A DNA stretch of 64,000 nucleotides from IMG/VR virus record IMGVR_UViG_3300037423_002564, one strand, 5' to 3'. The stretch comes from a virus. A program made the position numbers and the translations under genes. Positions 50,120 through 61,039 of this stretch are shown in pieces (position 1 is the first letter of the stretch; each line of letters starts with the position of its first letter). A model generated the notes under the pieces. That model was given only the letters and a program-made list of their open reading frames with translations. It searched no databases and was not told the origin of the DNA.

Positions 50120-50502
50120 GCTGGGAGATCGTCCAGGAGCGCAACGGCACCGTCGACCTGAAGCGCATCCTCTACGACCGGCTCTCGGGCGAGGACACGG
50201 TCCACGCCACGGCCTGGATGGTTGGCAAGCTGGAGCTGCGCGGCCTGGCCGCCTACGCCTGCATGTTCGAGCACAAGTACTTCGACTCCGAGCGTCACAG
50301 CCAGGAGGGCGTGGGCGTGGTCATCATGATCGAGCCCCAGCCCCAAGAGGGCCGCTTCCACATCAAGGTGATGGACGAGCGGGAGGGGCCCCTGGCCTAC
50401 GACTGCCCGAAGGAGGTGCTGGACCTGCTGACCCCCACTGACGACCCGAAGGCGCTGGCCTGGCGTGCCCGCTGCAAGGAGCGTCTGGGATGCGCTACCT
50501 AA
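50116..50502 (+). CDS. Conserved phage hypothetical protein (DUF6927-like)
   Basis: KVMDEREGPLAYDCPKEVLDLLTPT....AWRARC. Confidence 0.6.
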   Translation: MSWEIVQERNGTVDLKRILYDRLSGEDTVHATAWMVGKLELRGLAAYACMFEHKYFDSERHSQEGVGVVIMIEPQPQEGRFHIKVMDEREGPLAYDCPKEVLDLLTPTDDPKALAWRARCKERLGCAT

Positions 50503-51170
50503 TCAAGGACCTGGCGGACCTGCTCGCGCTGGGCTTCATCGTGGAGCGCGACCCCGACGACACCTACGGCGCGGCCTATCCGCACGCCCAGCACTGGTGG
50601 GACATCGAGCGCAATCCGCGGGACGAAGGCGTGTTCGTCGACGTCCGCCTGGCCGACTCGCCCATCGAGTTCGGCGTCGCCATCGAGCCCTGCCGCAGCA
50701 TGTGGGCCGACCGCATGCGCGACTCCGGCAAGGGGCTCCAGCACGTCTCCTGCTACCGCGTGGAGGAGCGCCGGCAGTTCGTGGGCGCGTTGCCCGAGAC
50801 TTGGAGCGGCTTCAAGATCGAAGAGGCCAAGAACGGCGGCGTGGACATGTTCTGGACCCGGCCTACCGTCAACACGGACGGCCTGCTGACCATGCTCAAG
50901 TTCCGCCGGTGCTGGTCGTTCACGGAGATGAAGGTCTACCTGCCCAACGAGACCGGCGATGCCTGGCTCGTGCGCACCCACCACGCCGACGGCACGCTGG
51001 ACTACCGCTTCTGGGACCTGCGGGCGATCGCCAACCGCATCGTCGACTTCATGGAGGACCCCTTGGCGTGGGTGCAGATCGACCACCCGGATTCCCCCGA
51101 TAAGTTCGCAAAGGAGGTGGCGCATGCCCGAGATATTGGCGCCTTCAGCAAGATTCCAAGCCGACCTTGA
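50490..51170 (+). CDS. Hypothetical protein with DSGK variant motif
   Basis: RMRDSGKGL. Confidence 0.65.
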   Translation: MRYLIKDLADLLALGFIVERDPDDTYGAAYPHAQHWWDIERNPRDEGVFVDVRLADSPIEFGVAIEPCRSMWADRMRDSGKGLQHVSCYRVEERRQFVGALPETWSGFKIEEAKNGGVDMFWTRPTVNTDGLLTMLKFRRCWSFTEMKVYLPNETGDAWLVRTHHADGTLDYRFWDLRAIANRIVDFMEDPLAWVQIDHPDSPDKFAKEVAHARDIGAFSKIPSRP

Positions 51171-51873
51171 GCGCCTGACGGCCCAAGGCTGGAAGATCGA
51201 CTACCACGAGGGCTACCGCAAGTTCTACGACGCGGTGGACTTCATCGACCTGGCCGAGATCGAAGTGGGCCGGGCTTACATGAACGGGCCGCTGGACGAC
51301 GAGGTCGAGCTGGTGCGCATGGAGCTGGGCGATTACGGCATCATGCTGTGCAAGAAGAAGGCGTTCAGCCTGGACTGGCAGCCGCTCGTGGACTCCGGCA
51401 CGCGCGAGTTGGGCGAGTTGCAGGAGTGGGAGAACAAGAAGCCACCCGAGGCCGCCTGCGTCGCGTTCCGCAAGGTGCTGCGCGACATCGCGGAGTTCCA
51501 CCGCCGCGTCGGCAAGGCCACGCCCGACAAGCCCGATGGCCTGCTGGAGTCCCAGGTAGACGGCTACACCGGCTACTTCTCGTGGACCTGGGACATGGTG
51601 GACCAGCTCTACGTCTACGTCCACCTGCCGAAGGCCGGCTGGGAGCTGGAATACGAGGACCGCTGGTTCCACACCCTCACCGACCTCCAGGCCACGTTCT
51701 GGGAGATGATCGACAAGTACATGGGCCACGACGCGGAGTCCCGCGGCGAGGACGACGACGACCACGAGGGCGACCTGATCGACCGGAGCTGGGCGGCGAA
51801 GGTCCGGCCCACGGACCCGATCATCCGCCCTGCCACCCGGAAAGGGGTTCGAGAGCATGTCTACTTCGAGTAG
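51124..51873 (+). CDS. Hypothetical protein with DSGTR variant motif
   Basis: ATG after AAGGAGG; PLVDSGTRELG. Confidence 0.65.
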   Translation: MPEILAPSARFQADLERLTAQGWKIDYHEGYRKFYDAVDFIDLAEIEVGRAYMNGPLDDEVELVRMELGDYGIMLCKKKAFSLDWQPLVDSGTRELGELQEWENKKPPEAACVAFRKVLRDIAEFHRRVGKATPDKPDGLLESQVDGYTGYFSWTWDMVDQLYVYVHLPKAGWELEYEDRWFHTLTDLQATFWEMIDKYMGHDAESRGEDDDDHEGDLIDRSWAAKVRPTDPIIRPATRKGVREHVYFE

Positions 51874-52252
51874 TCCCTACAACACGCTGGGCGTGAAGCG
51901 CAACACGGAGCACCACCTGCGGTTGCTCGTGGGCCTGGCCGCGGACACCGGTCGCGTCTACTTCACCCGGCCACACAAGTGGCGCATCCGCATGTTCGTG
52001 GTCAACGAGAACCGCGAGCTGGTGGAGTTCGAGCCCACGGGCAACCCGATGAAGCTCACGGGCGGCTCCCAGGAGGAGCTGGACGTCCACCGCCGGCAGG
52101 AGGCGAAGCTGATGGGGTTCTGCCTCAAGAAAAGAGCCCTCTTGGCGGCCACTGTGGAGGCCGCCAATATGCCCGCGGCCACCTTCGGCTCCCTCTGCCG
52201 GGTCGCGGGGGTTCCCGTGCCCAAGGTAACATATCACAGGCTCGACGAGTAA
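51857..52252 (+). CDS. Hypothetical protein with ADTGR variant motif
   Basis: GLAADTGRVYF. Confidence 0.65.
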   Translation: MSTSSSPYNTLGVKRNTEHHLRLLVGLAADTGRVYFTRPHKWRIRMFVVNENRELVEFEPTGNPMKLTGGSQEELDVHRRQEAKLMGFCLKKRALLAATVEAANMPAATFGSLCRVAGVPVPKVTYHRLDE

Positions 52253-52620
52253 TGGGAGCGATCGCCTACACCCATGACGGGGACGTCTATTGCACGAGCT
52301 GCTGCGAGGCAGAAGAGGACAACCCGGAGCAGGGCGCCATCTTCCCCTGGAACGAGATCGACCACCGCGGGCTCTTCTGCGGCCAGTGCCGGCGGGCGAT
52401 CGTGGACCCCCAGAGCCCTCCGTTCGTTCGCCTATTCGTGGCCGATTCCGGCCGCGCCTTCCGCGAGGAGAAGTGCGGCCAGGGCTGGATCCCCTCCGGC
52501 ATCCCCGACCATGTTGCCGACGCCATCAACGATATGGACGATCACCACGTCATCGAGTTCCTGGACGATGACGGCCTCCTCAACCTGGCCGTCGGCACGG
52601 AGGTGCGCCGTGCCGGGTGA
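52252..52620 (+). CDS. CxxC..CxxC protein with ADSGR motif
   Basis: YCTSC...FCGQC...LFVADSGRAFRE. Confidence 0.65.
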   Translation: MGAIAYTHDGDVYCTSCCEAEEDNPEQGAIFPWNEIDHRGLFCGQCRRAIVDPQSPPFVRLFVADSGRAFREEKCGQGWIPSGIPDHVADAINDMDDHHVIEFLDDDGLLNLAVGTEVRRAG

Positions 52621-52963
52621 GGAGCGCATTCGCGAGCCAGACCCCCACCTCTTGGAGGGCTGGGAGGTCTACGTCGAGACCATCTTCTACAACGACTCGG
52701 GCCGCTTCATCGGCTCCAAGCACACCTGGTGGCCCGAGACGCCGGCGGAAGTGCTCTACGCCTTCATGGACAACCAGTATGTCGCCGACATCGCCCATGA
52801 ATGCCTACCTTACGGCATCTGCGCCGACATCTACGCCAGCAGGATCGAAGGGAGAATCTGCAAATGTCCGCTACCTGTGAGGCGCGCGCCGGGACCGCCC
52901 GGTACGTGCGCCTGTGGCGCCAATTACGGGTCTTCAACAAGTGCTACACCATCCAGGAACTAG
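52610..52963 (+). CDS. Cys-rich protein with NDSGR motif
   Basis: GTG after GGAGG; IFYNDSGRFIGS. Confidence 0.6.
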   Translation: MPGEERIREPDPHLLEGWEVYVETIFYNDSGRFIGSKHTWWPETPAEVLYAFMDNQYVADIAHECLPYGICADIYASRIEGRICKCPLPVRRAPGPPGTCACGANYGSSTSATPSRN

Positions 52964-53748
52964 ACGAGCGGGTGCGTGATGCGGTCTTCGAGAGGATGCG
53001 CAACGACCCGAACCAGTGGGACTACCACGACAGCGAGATGTGCAGCGAGGACGCCAAGCACACCCTGGAGCGGTTCGGTTACGAAAACCAGGAGGTGAGC
53101 TGGAGCGCCGGCTTCTGCCAGGGCGACTACTTCAACTTCGCCAGCGGCACCGTGCGCGACCAGTTCGTGATCCGCCGGGTGATGGGCAAGCGCGCGCGCC
53201 GGCTGGAGCGCTTCTTCGAGAAGCGTGGTCGTGACCTCTACCGTCTCATCGGCATCAGCGTGAACGCCGGCTACCGCGGCCTGGACCGGAACTCCCGCGA
53301 GATCGTCATCTCGCTGGACGAGCAAGACCTGGTGGTGGGCGGGACCTTCACCGCCCTGGCCGATTCCGGCCGCAAGCTGGAGGCCCACACGTTCACCACC
53401 TACAACCTGGGCAGCGGCCTGGCGCGCGAGCTTCAACACGAGGTAGAGGGGAACTGGAGCCGTTGGGGCGAGGATGGCGCGGACCCCGTCGTCCGCAAGG
53501 TGCGCGGGTTCTGGTACGTCGTGAAGCCCATCACGATGAACGAGTTCATGGAGAAGTTCGTCTCCGATCTGGAAGCGGCCGTCGAGGCGGACTGCGACCG
53601 CATCTGCCGGAACATCCTAAGCGACATCCACGACGAGATCATGTACAAGTCCAGCGACGAGTACCTCGCGGAGGAGTGCGAGGGCCGCGACCTCTGGTTC
53701 GACAAGGAAGGCGAAGAGGTAGACCTGCCCCATGGATACCCCCGGTAG
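52864..53748 (+). CDS. Hypothetical protein with ADSGR motif
   Basis: WSAGFCQGDY...ALADSGRKLE...YKSSDEYL.E. Confidence 0.65.
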   Translation: MSATCEARAGTARYVRLWRQLRVFNKCYTIQELDERVRDAVFERMRNDPNQWDYHDSEMCSEDAKHTLERFGYENQEVSWSAGFCQGDYFNFASGTVRDQFVIRRVMGKRARRLERFFEKRGRDLYRLIGISVNAGYRGLDRNSREIVISLDEQDLVVGGTFTALADSGRKLEAHTFTTYNLGSGLARELQHEVEGNWSRWGEDGADPVVRKVRGFWYVVKPITMNEFMEKFVSDLEAAVEADCDRICRNILSDIHDEIMYKSSDEYLAEECEGRDLWFDKEGEEVDLPHGYPR

Positions 53749-54070
53749 CGTCTGCCGGCAGTGCGGCCGGCACTACATCCAGTGGCTCCACGTCCGCTTC
53801 TTCGCCGACGTGGGCAACCGCGTACTGGGCTATGTGGCCGGCCCGGCCATCTGCTTTCCCCCGGCCGTCCAGAAGATGGCCTGGAGCGCCATCAGGAACA
53901 ACTGGGGCTTCACCAAGGTCCAGTTCCTGCCGGAAATGGCCGGCCGCCTGGTGCAGGTGAAGATCGGCAGCGCGATGGACCACTGCCTGCTCTGCACCCT
54001 CACCGACGATGGCATCTTTGCCAGGAGCTACCGCAGCATGAACGGACTTGGCGATGACGGCAACGGCTGA
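53732..54070 (+). CDS. CxxC protein with ADVGNR variant motif
   Basis: CRQCG...RFFADVGNRVLG...CLLC. Confidence 0.6.
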   Translation: MDTPGSVCRQCGRHYIQWLHVRFFADVGNRVLGYVAGPAICFPPAVQKMAWSAIRNNWGFTKVQFLPEMAGRLVQVKIGSAMDHCLLCTLTDDGIFARSYRSMNGLGDDGNG

Positions 54071-54398
54071 CGAATACGAGGCCGCGACCCAGCGGGACCC
54101 GCTCTCGCGCATCTGCTTCCACTGCGACCGGAAGTTCTCGCCCAGCTTGGATTACATCCGCGCCGCGGACAGCGGGCGTTCGCTCCACCAAGGCGGTGGC
54201 CCCGCCATCATCCTCACGCGCCACGAGCGCATGTTGCTCGGGCGCTTCTCCAAGTACAACACGGACGGCACGTCCAAGCTTCACAACGTCCCGCACAACC
54301 AGATGATTGATGGTTGCTGGTACTGGGGCGACATCCACCTCGAAAGCTGCTGCTCGACCTGGTGTCAGCGGAAGTGGTACGAGGAGAACCACGATTAG
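54048..54398 (+). CDS. CxxC protein with ADSGR motif
   Basis: CFHC...IRAADSGRSL...CCSTWC. Confidence 0.6.
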   Translation: MAMTATADEYEAATQRDPLSRICFHCDRKFSPSLDYIRAADSGRSLHQGGGPAIILTRHERMLLGRFSKYNTDGTSKLHNVPHNQMIDGCWYWGDIHLESCCSTWCQRKWYEENHD

Positions 54399-54407
54399 GA
54401 GATCGAC

Positions 54408-57400
54408 ATGATCAAGCTCTCCAACGGCCTGATGGCCGACATCTCCACCCTCAAGCTCGACCGCTTGCAGCGGCTACCGCAACTCCCGGGCGGCATGGGC
54501 GTCAACACCCAAATGGGGTCCGGCTGCTTCTTGGAGCCGCCGGGCCACCCCAGCTATTTCATGCGCTCGGTCGGTGGCGACTGCCGCGCCTACGTCATCA
54601 GCATCGGCGACGGCGTCTATATCGTCGACGGCGAGACCTACAACGGTGGCTGGAAGGACGTTAACTGGGTCAAGTACGGTGCGCCGAAGGATCGCCAGGA
54701 GCGGCTCAACTGGCTCTACAGTCCGCTCCCTGTCGACCACCCGCGGGTGCGCGCCTGGATCGAGCAGCTCTACCGCCACCAGCGCAACTGCTACCGCATC
54801 GAGGGCGAGAAGGACTTCGTCGTCTTCCCGACGCAGTCCCACGACTTCATCAAGATGGGGCTGTTCGTCCCCGAGCCGTCCGGCCGCGAGGCCAAGCTGG
54901 AGGGTGGCATCTTCGACCACCTCTCCGAGGAGACCAAGGAGCGCTACCGCGTCACGCAGGCCGGCCTGATGGCCGAAGCCCAAGAGACCGTCAAGATCAA
55001 GCGCGAGGCGTTCAACGCGGAGCGCGCCAAGGCTTGCACGCCCGATCGCCACCTCGCGGTCTTGAGCGTCCGCAAGTTCTACCCGGAGTACCAGCCGGAG
55101 CTGGACCTCATCAACGCCGAGCAGGGCGCCCGGCCGGCCGACTGGTGGACGGTCCTTGCCACCAAACCCGATCCGTGCCCGATGGCCCACAAGCCGCATA
55201 TGCGCTTCGTGTGCCAGTACTGCGGCGACAAGAGCGACGGCACGCCGGGTCCCAACGGCGAGGTCTACAACAACGCCAAGGACGGCAACAAGGAGGTCTA
55301 CGCCGGCTACGTCTACCACAACGAAGCCGCCAAGGTCGAGGCACCTCGGGCATGATGACCATCCGCGTGAGCGTGGACCACGGCGAGCTGCGGCGCGACG
55401 AGTTCTCGTTCTACTTCGAGCCCCTGCGCAACGAGTTGCGGCTGTCGGGGTACGAACGCCAGACGCGGAAGAGCAAGCGCGCCAAGTTCGTCGCCGTGGC
55501 GGCCTATCCCTCCAGGCGCCCCTTGGAGGTCCTGCGCGAGTATCAGGTGCCGCTCACGGCCGCCGTGATCGCCGAGGCCCACCAGCAACTCGTGGACCGC
55601 GTGCGCGCGGCCAAGCTGCCGGAGCCCAACCCCAACTTCCCAGAAACCCCATGAACACGCCCATCGACGCGAGCCGTCACTTCGTCGATGGGTGCGACCC
55701 CTGTATGCGCGCCCAAGAGGATGACACGACCTACTTCGACCGCTGCACGTTCTGCAACCGGCTCGTGACCACGTATTGGTGGCTTCACGACGAGCAAGCC
55801 CACCCCGCCAACGGCAACGAGTGCGAGGTGTGCTTCTACAAGGCCGTATGCGATGCTTGTGCGATCGTTATCGACAGTAACGGTGCCATCCTCTGTCCCC
55901 CATGCCGTGATGCGCGGCATGGCCGAAAGGTTGCACCCGGTGGAAGACCATAAAACCTTTGTCATTACCAGCTACCCCAACGCCTTCGCCATCTTGGTCG
56001 GCGACACCTGGCAGGTGTGGAGCGGCGACGCGGCGGAGCTGCTGATCGCCGCGGCCGAAGGTAGCGAGGACGTAGCCTGGCAGGCCGCCGCCAAGCTCAT
56101 CAAGGACAACCAGGTGGCGGCCGTGAACGCCTCCTACCAGGAGGTACATCGCTGCGCCAAGGCCATCGAGTACGAGGCCCAGCGCATCATGCACGCCGCG
56201 GAGATGCGCCGGCCCCAGGACGTGATGCACCACTTCAACAAGCTCCAGGACTTCTACACGCTGCTCGCCAACGAGCGCGTGATGCTCGTGGCCTACGAAT
56301 AGGCCGGGAAGGAATCGCATGAACAGCAAGGACTTGGCCGAACGTATCGTCGAGGCGATGCGCGAGAACACCTTCGCGCTCTACCAGAAGGACACCGACA
56401 AGGACCGGGAGCTGAAGGCGCTGATCGCCGGCATCCTGGGCGAGACGCCGGCCGGCCTCTTGTCGGTGGATGTGCGCGACGAGGCCATCGTCTCGCACAT
56501 CGACAAGGAGATACTCAAGCGGCTCGCGCCGGGCGAGTTGCGCCGCGTCCAGGCCGACATGATCGACACCCTCATGCGGCTGGAAGAGGCGCTCCAGAAG
56601 GAGTGCGGGCCCGATGGAGGCCGGGTGATGGGCATCGGCGCGAACCTCAACGTCAACGCCTGGCTCACGATGCCGGAGCTGATGGGCACCGGCGGCGACA
56701 TCCGAACGGCGAAGATCGTCGCCTGCCTCCACGATATGAACGAGGGCCACACCATCTTCGAGGACCACGGCCCAGAAGACCCGCACGAGGACGACACCTA
56801 CCGGTGCGACGAGTGCAAGAAGTCCGGCCCGTGGTCGGAGACGGCGGCCGGCCACTGCCCGCACTGCGACATGCCGGCAGACTTCGTGCCCCACGACCCC
56901 TTCGCGCACAAGGACAACCCGCCCCCGCTCTACGATGACCAGCCGGAGCCGGACGGCCCCCAGGCCAACCCCTGGGTCGCGGAGGCGGATCTGGAGCGCG
57001 ACCGGCAGATCTACCCGGGCATCCACCCCGATGCTTGAACAACCCACGCCGCGCGAAGCGGACGAGGTCTCCGACGAGGACCTAGAAGCCGCGAGCGAGA
57101 TGCTCGACGGCCTCGTCAACGGCACCCACTACCCGCCGGCGGGCTCGACGATCGGGCCCTTCACCGTGCGTTACATCGGAGGTTAACCCAGCCATGACCC
57201 ACTTGGACCGCCAGGTCATCATCCACCTCTTCCAGGGCGGCGCCGTCGTCGCCCGGGACAAGGACGACAAGAGCAAGGAGACCAAGAAGAAGATCGACGG
57301 CTCTCTGCCGGTCTTCTCCGTCGACACGATGGAGGAGGCTAACCAGCTCATCACCTTGCTCTGCAAGCGCGGCTACGACAACGAGTCAATGCTGCTGCCG

Positions 57401-57834
57401 TTCTCCGGCGAGTACGAGCACATGATCAAGGTCTCCGAGATGATGGAGGAGGTGTACACGCTCAAGAAGCGCGGCTACACCGGCGAGGAGCTGTTCGCCC
57501 CCTTCGTCCGCTACAAGAAGGAGACGGGCTGCGAGGTCAAGCTGCCATGAGCGGCAACACCCGCCTCTTCCGGGTCGAAACCTCGGAGCTGATCTACGCC
57601 ACCGTCGTCCGCTACGTGGAGCTGCCGGCGGACGACGTGGAGCCCGAGTACAACGCCGCCATCAAGGCCCGGGAGGAGCAGAAGAACGACATGGCGGAGG
57701 TCCACCCGGACGGCCACTACGAGCACCTCGACACCCGCGAGGTGAAGGAGGTGACGGGCGCGGAGGCCGAGGCCATCCGCAAGCAGGCAGCCAAGGACAA
57801 GGCGCGCATCGAGCGCTTTGACGTCACTCGCTAG
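54408..57834 (+). other. Hypothetical genes: 54408-55355, 55352-55654, 55651-55953, 55940-56302, 56319-57038, 57194-57550, 57547-57834
   Basis: Abutting + strand ORFs; several carry CxxC pairs. Confidence 0.6.
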
Positions 57835-57836
57835 AC

Positions 57837-58193
57837 ATGAAAACGAAGAAGAAGAAAACCTACCCCAAGGTTCACATCACGGCGGCCGATCTGGCCGCCC
57901 TACCGGAGTACTCCGCCTCCTTGCCTACCGGCACCTATTTGGGCAAGCGCTGGAAGCGCGATTGCGGTCCCGACCGGGATTCCGGCCGCAAGACCTGGTT
58001 CATCGGGGAGTTCTACCCCATCGACATCCCCGGAGAGGTGGGCATCCGCTGGAGCGAGGTGTGGCTGGTGCCCGCCTACGGACCGACGGAGATCCACCCC
58101 AAGGAGGCCAAGACCTGCCTCTGCCACACCGAGCCCTACAAGTTCGGCGTCTGCCACGTATGCGCGGCCTGGCGCTGGAAGCACGAGCGATAG
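57837..58193 (+). CDS. Hypothetical protein with RDSGR motif
   Basis: LPEYSASLPTGTYLGKRWKR...DRDSGRKTWF. Confidence 0.65.
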   Translation: MKTKKKKTYPKVHITAADLAALPEYSASLPTGTYLGKRWKRDCGPDRDSGRKTWFIGEFYPIDIPGEVGIRWSEVWLVPAYGPTEIHPKEAKTCLCHTEPYKFGVCHVCAAWRWKHER

Positions 58194-58202
58194 CGAGGAC
58201 CC

Positions 58203-60484
58203 ATGCCCTTCAAGCCCATCGACCCGGTGGACTACACCAACAACCCGGCAGACCCGCGGCGGGAGAAGCTGGGGAACGCCGGCGCGGCGTTCGTCAACCG
58301 GCTGCTGGAGCGCGGCTGGAAGCCGATGGTCAACCCGCAGACCAAGCACAAGGATCGCATCGACATCCGCGACGAGCAGAACGTCACGGTGGCGATGCTC
58401 CACGACTACGACGACATCAACAGCCTGGCCGAGGCGCTCCAGCCGCCACCCAAGGAGTTCTTCCGCATCATGAGCGGCTTCCAGAAGGCGCTCGCGGACG
58501 GCTGGACGCTTGAGACCAAGGACGACAAGATGTTCGCCTGCCGACCGGCCTGGGCCAACTACAAGCTCCAGAACTACACCGACCTGGAGCTGTGGCTCCA
58601 CGACGCGGGCTACGCCCATGGGTGCTTCTAAGATGGGCATGTTTAGCTGGACTTGCCCCAAGTGCAAGCTGCCCGTACTCTCACCCATGGTGACGGGCGG
58701 CGACCCGCGCGCGGTGAAGCTCACGCGCGTGGTCTTCCTGCTGCCCGGCGGCAGCCTCATCCGTGGCGACTACGACGGCTATGGTGGCACCAACCAGCAC
58801 CCGATGCTGGTAGCCGACCTGCCCGTGGACAGCCAGGTCAAGGTGCAACACCAGGGCTGCTACACCGGCGAGAGCTACGCCGACGCGCCCGACAGCCCCG
58901 ACGAGCCCCGGCAGGGCTTCATGTACAGCGAGGAGGAGCTGGAGCGTATCTTCAGCGGCACCCCCATCCCCGACGACGAGCCGAGCCCCATGGACCGGGC
59001 GCTGGCCGACGTCCTTGCAGAAGGAGAGACCCGTTGAGTCAGAGTTTCGAGCTGATCAAGGAGCTGCTCGCGAGCGATCGCGGCCCCGAGGCGATGGAAG
59101 AGATCGTCGAGAAGGCGCGCGCGCTGGTCGCCGCGGCCGAGATCGAGGAGGAGGACGAACGGCTGGACCAGCTCGTCGCCAACTTCGAGGGCAACATCGC
59201 CGACCTGGAGAGCGTCACCAACCGCCTCGACAACCTCACGGGCGACGGCCTGGCCGGCCCCTGGGTGCCCGGCTGGCTGGAGAGCCTGGGTGTGGAACTC
59301 GACGAGGTCGAGGACATGAAGTCCACCGCCTACGACCTGCACGAGAAGATGGAGACCTGGCGCGACCAGATGCAGGAGCTGCGCGCGGGCGTCAAGGGAC
59401 GCCGCACGGTGCTCGCGGCCTACCCCGGCGCGAAGATCGTGCAGCCCAACCTGATGCTGCCGCACTTCGTGGCGGAGATCGACGGCGAGGAGGTCGAGGA
59501 TGCCGTCGGCACCACGGAATGGGAGGTCTGGGAGGTGCTGGCCGACCTGCACAAGGAGGGCAAGCTTTTCCCGGTCGCGAGCGGCCAGGTGGACCACTCG
59601 CGGCTGTCCACCAACCAGACCAACTACTGCGAGGACTAGGCCATGGACCCCAAGGCCAACCTCGACGAGCAACTCGCCCTCGCCAAGCGCGTCCAAGAGA
59701 TCGCGGGCAGCCAGCCAGCCTACATCGAGCTAAACGAGGAACTGTCCGCCGAAGTGCGAGAATCGGCGTCTCGCCTCTCCGAACTGGTTCTCGCGCTGCA
59801 CGAGTGGCGCGAGAAGGGCGGATTCGACCCCTACCAGACCGCGCCGACGATGGACCTTGAAGCCCGTAACCCGTGGGGTATCTACCTGACCAACATCGAC
59901 ACGGAGCTGGGCTACCAGCGCCTGACCGACGAGCAGGTCCGCAATCTGCGGACGGAGCACCCGCGGGCGGAGATCTTCCACATGAAGACCAAGGACCTGT
60001 ACGTCTTGGAGCCGGACGACTGGAAGGACATGGGGTTCAAGGAGAACCCGCTGCCCAAGCGGGCCTTACCCTAGAAGCGAAAGCGAAAGGAAAGCGAAAG
60101 CCCATGAGCTACAAGCGCATGCTCGCGGTGATGGTCGTGGAGGCCGGCAAGGAGCCGGAGCTGCGCGAGGTGGAGATCGAGCCCCAGTTGGACTCCTGGG
60201 ACGCCCTCAAGAACGTCTACGCCATCACCGGGGACGAGGGCAACACGGAGTACTTCTCCCTCCCGCCCGCCTACCCGGACGGCTACAAGCTGTTGTCGGC
60301 GTGGGACTGGCGGGACCTCCGCTTCAACCGCCTCATCAATGCCGAGCCCTACTTCGGCACCGTGGTCATCGTGGCCCAGTGCCGGCTGGGCTCGCAGTGG
60401 GGCGCGCGCAGCATCATCGACGAGGAGTTCGAGTTCCTATGCCAGTGGCTGACCATGAGCAACCCGCGGTGCTTGACGGCGTGA
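58203..60484 (+). other. Hypothetical genes: 58203-58631, 58633-59037, 59034-59639, 59643-60074, 60104-60484
   Basis: Abutting + strand ORFs with phage-like codon usage. Confidence 0.6.
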
Positions 60485-60972
60485 ACGAGCCCACGGTCTT
60501 CCGCGGCCCGCGGATGGAGGACTTCCCCGACACGCCCGAAGGGTCGGACGCCTACGGCAACGCGTACTGGAAGGCGCGCTGGGACTTCATTCACGCCGGC
60601 CACTCCGAGCGCTTCGAGGAGCACTGCCTGGCCGAGGAGGACGGCACCACCTACGAGTTCCAGGTGGAGCAGCGCACCCAGAGCGGCACCACCGCTTCCG
60701 ACCTGCCGGTCTACGACGACGTGGACCAGGCGATCGCCTACCTCGAAGCGGCGCCGTTCGCCGGCATGGTCCAGCGCTACGTCAAGGGCGCCAATTGGCT
60801 CACGGCCGGCATCGCCTACGAGAAGCACCGCGGCATCAAGGACCTGTGGCTCGCGCGCAACGAGATGCCCGACATGCCCCACTGGCACGGCGAGCGCCAG
60901 TGCGACAGCGGGCGCTACTTCTTCGTGCGCTGCGAGCTGTGTAAAGACCGAGCCGACACCCGGACCCCGTAG
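60481..60972 (+). CDS. Hypothetical protein with CDSGR motif
   Basis: GTG overlaps the upstream stop; HWH..RQCDSGRYFFVRCELC. Confidence 0.65.
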   Translation: MNEPTVFRGPRMEDFPDTPEGSDAYGNAYWKARWDFIHAGHSERFEEHCLAEEDGTTYEFQVEQRTQSGTTASDLPVYDDVDQAIAYLEAAPFAGMVQRYVKGANWLTAGIAYEKHRGIKDLWLARNEMPDMPHWHGERQCDSGRYFFVRCELCKDRADTRTP

Positions 60973-61039
60973 GCTCGCCGACCAGACAGGGAATAGTTAG
61001 AGTAAGATTGTGATGTACCTCTGAAAGGAGGCCCTCCCC

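Noticed and set aside
40722-57989. GCCGA(C/T)TCCGGCCGC-like sequences as a DNA repeat, recombination site or CRISPR-like repeat
   Set aside because: Always in the same reading frame, with synonymous variation including AGC versus TCN serine codons and no regular spacing. Treated as a peptide motif instead.
60074-60101. Purine repeat GAAGCGAAAGCGAAAGGAAAGCGAAAGC
   Set aside because: A single short low-complexity spacer containing an RBS; no second copy noticed.
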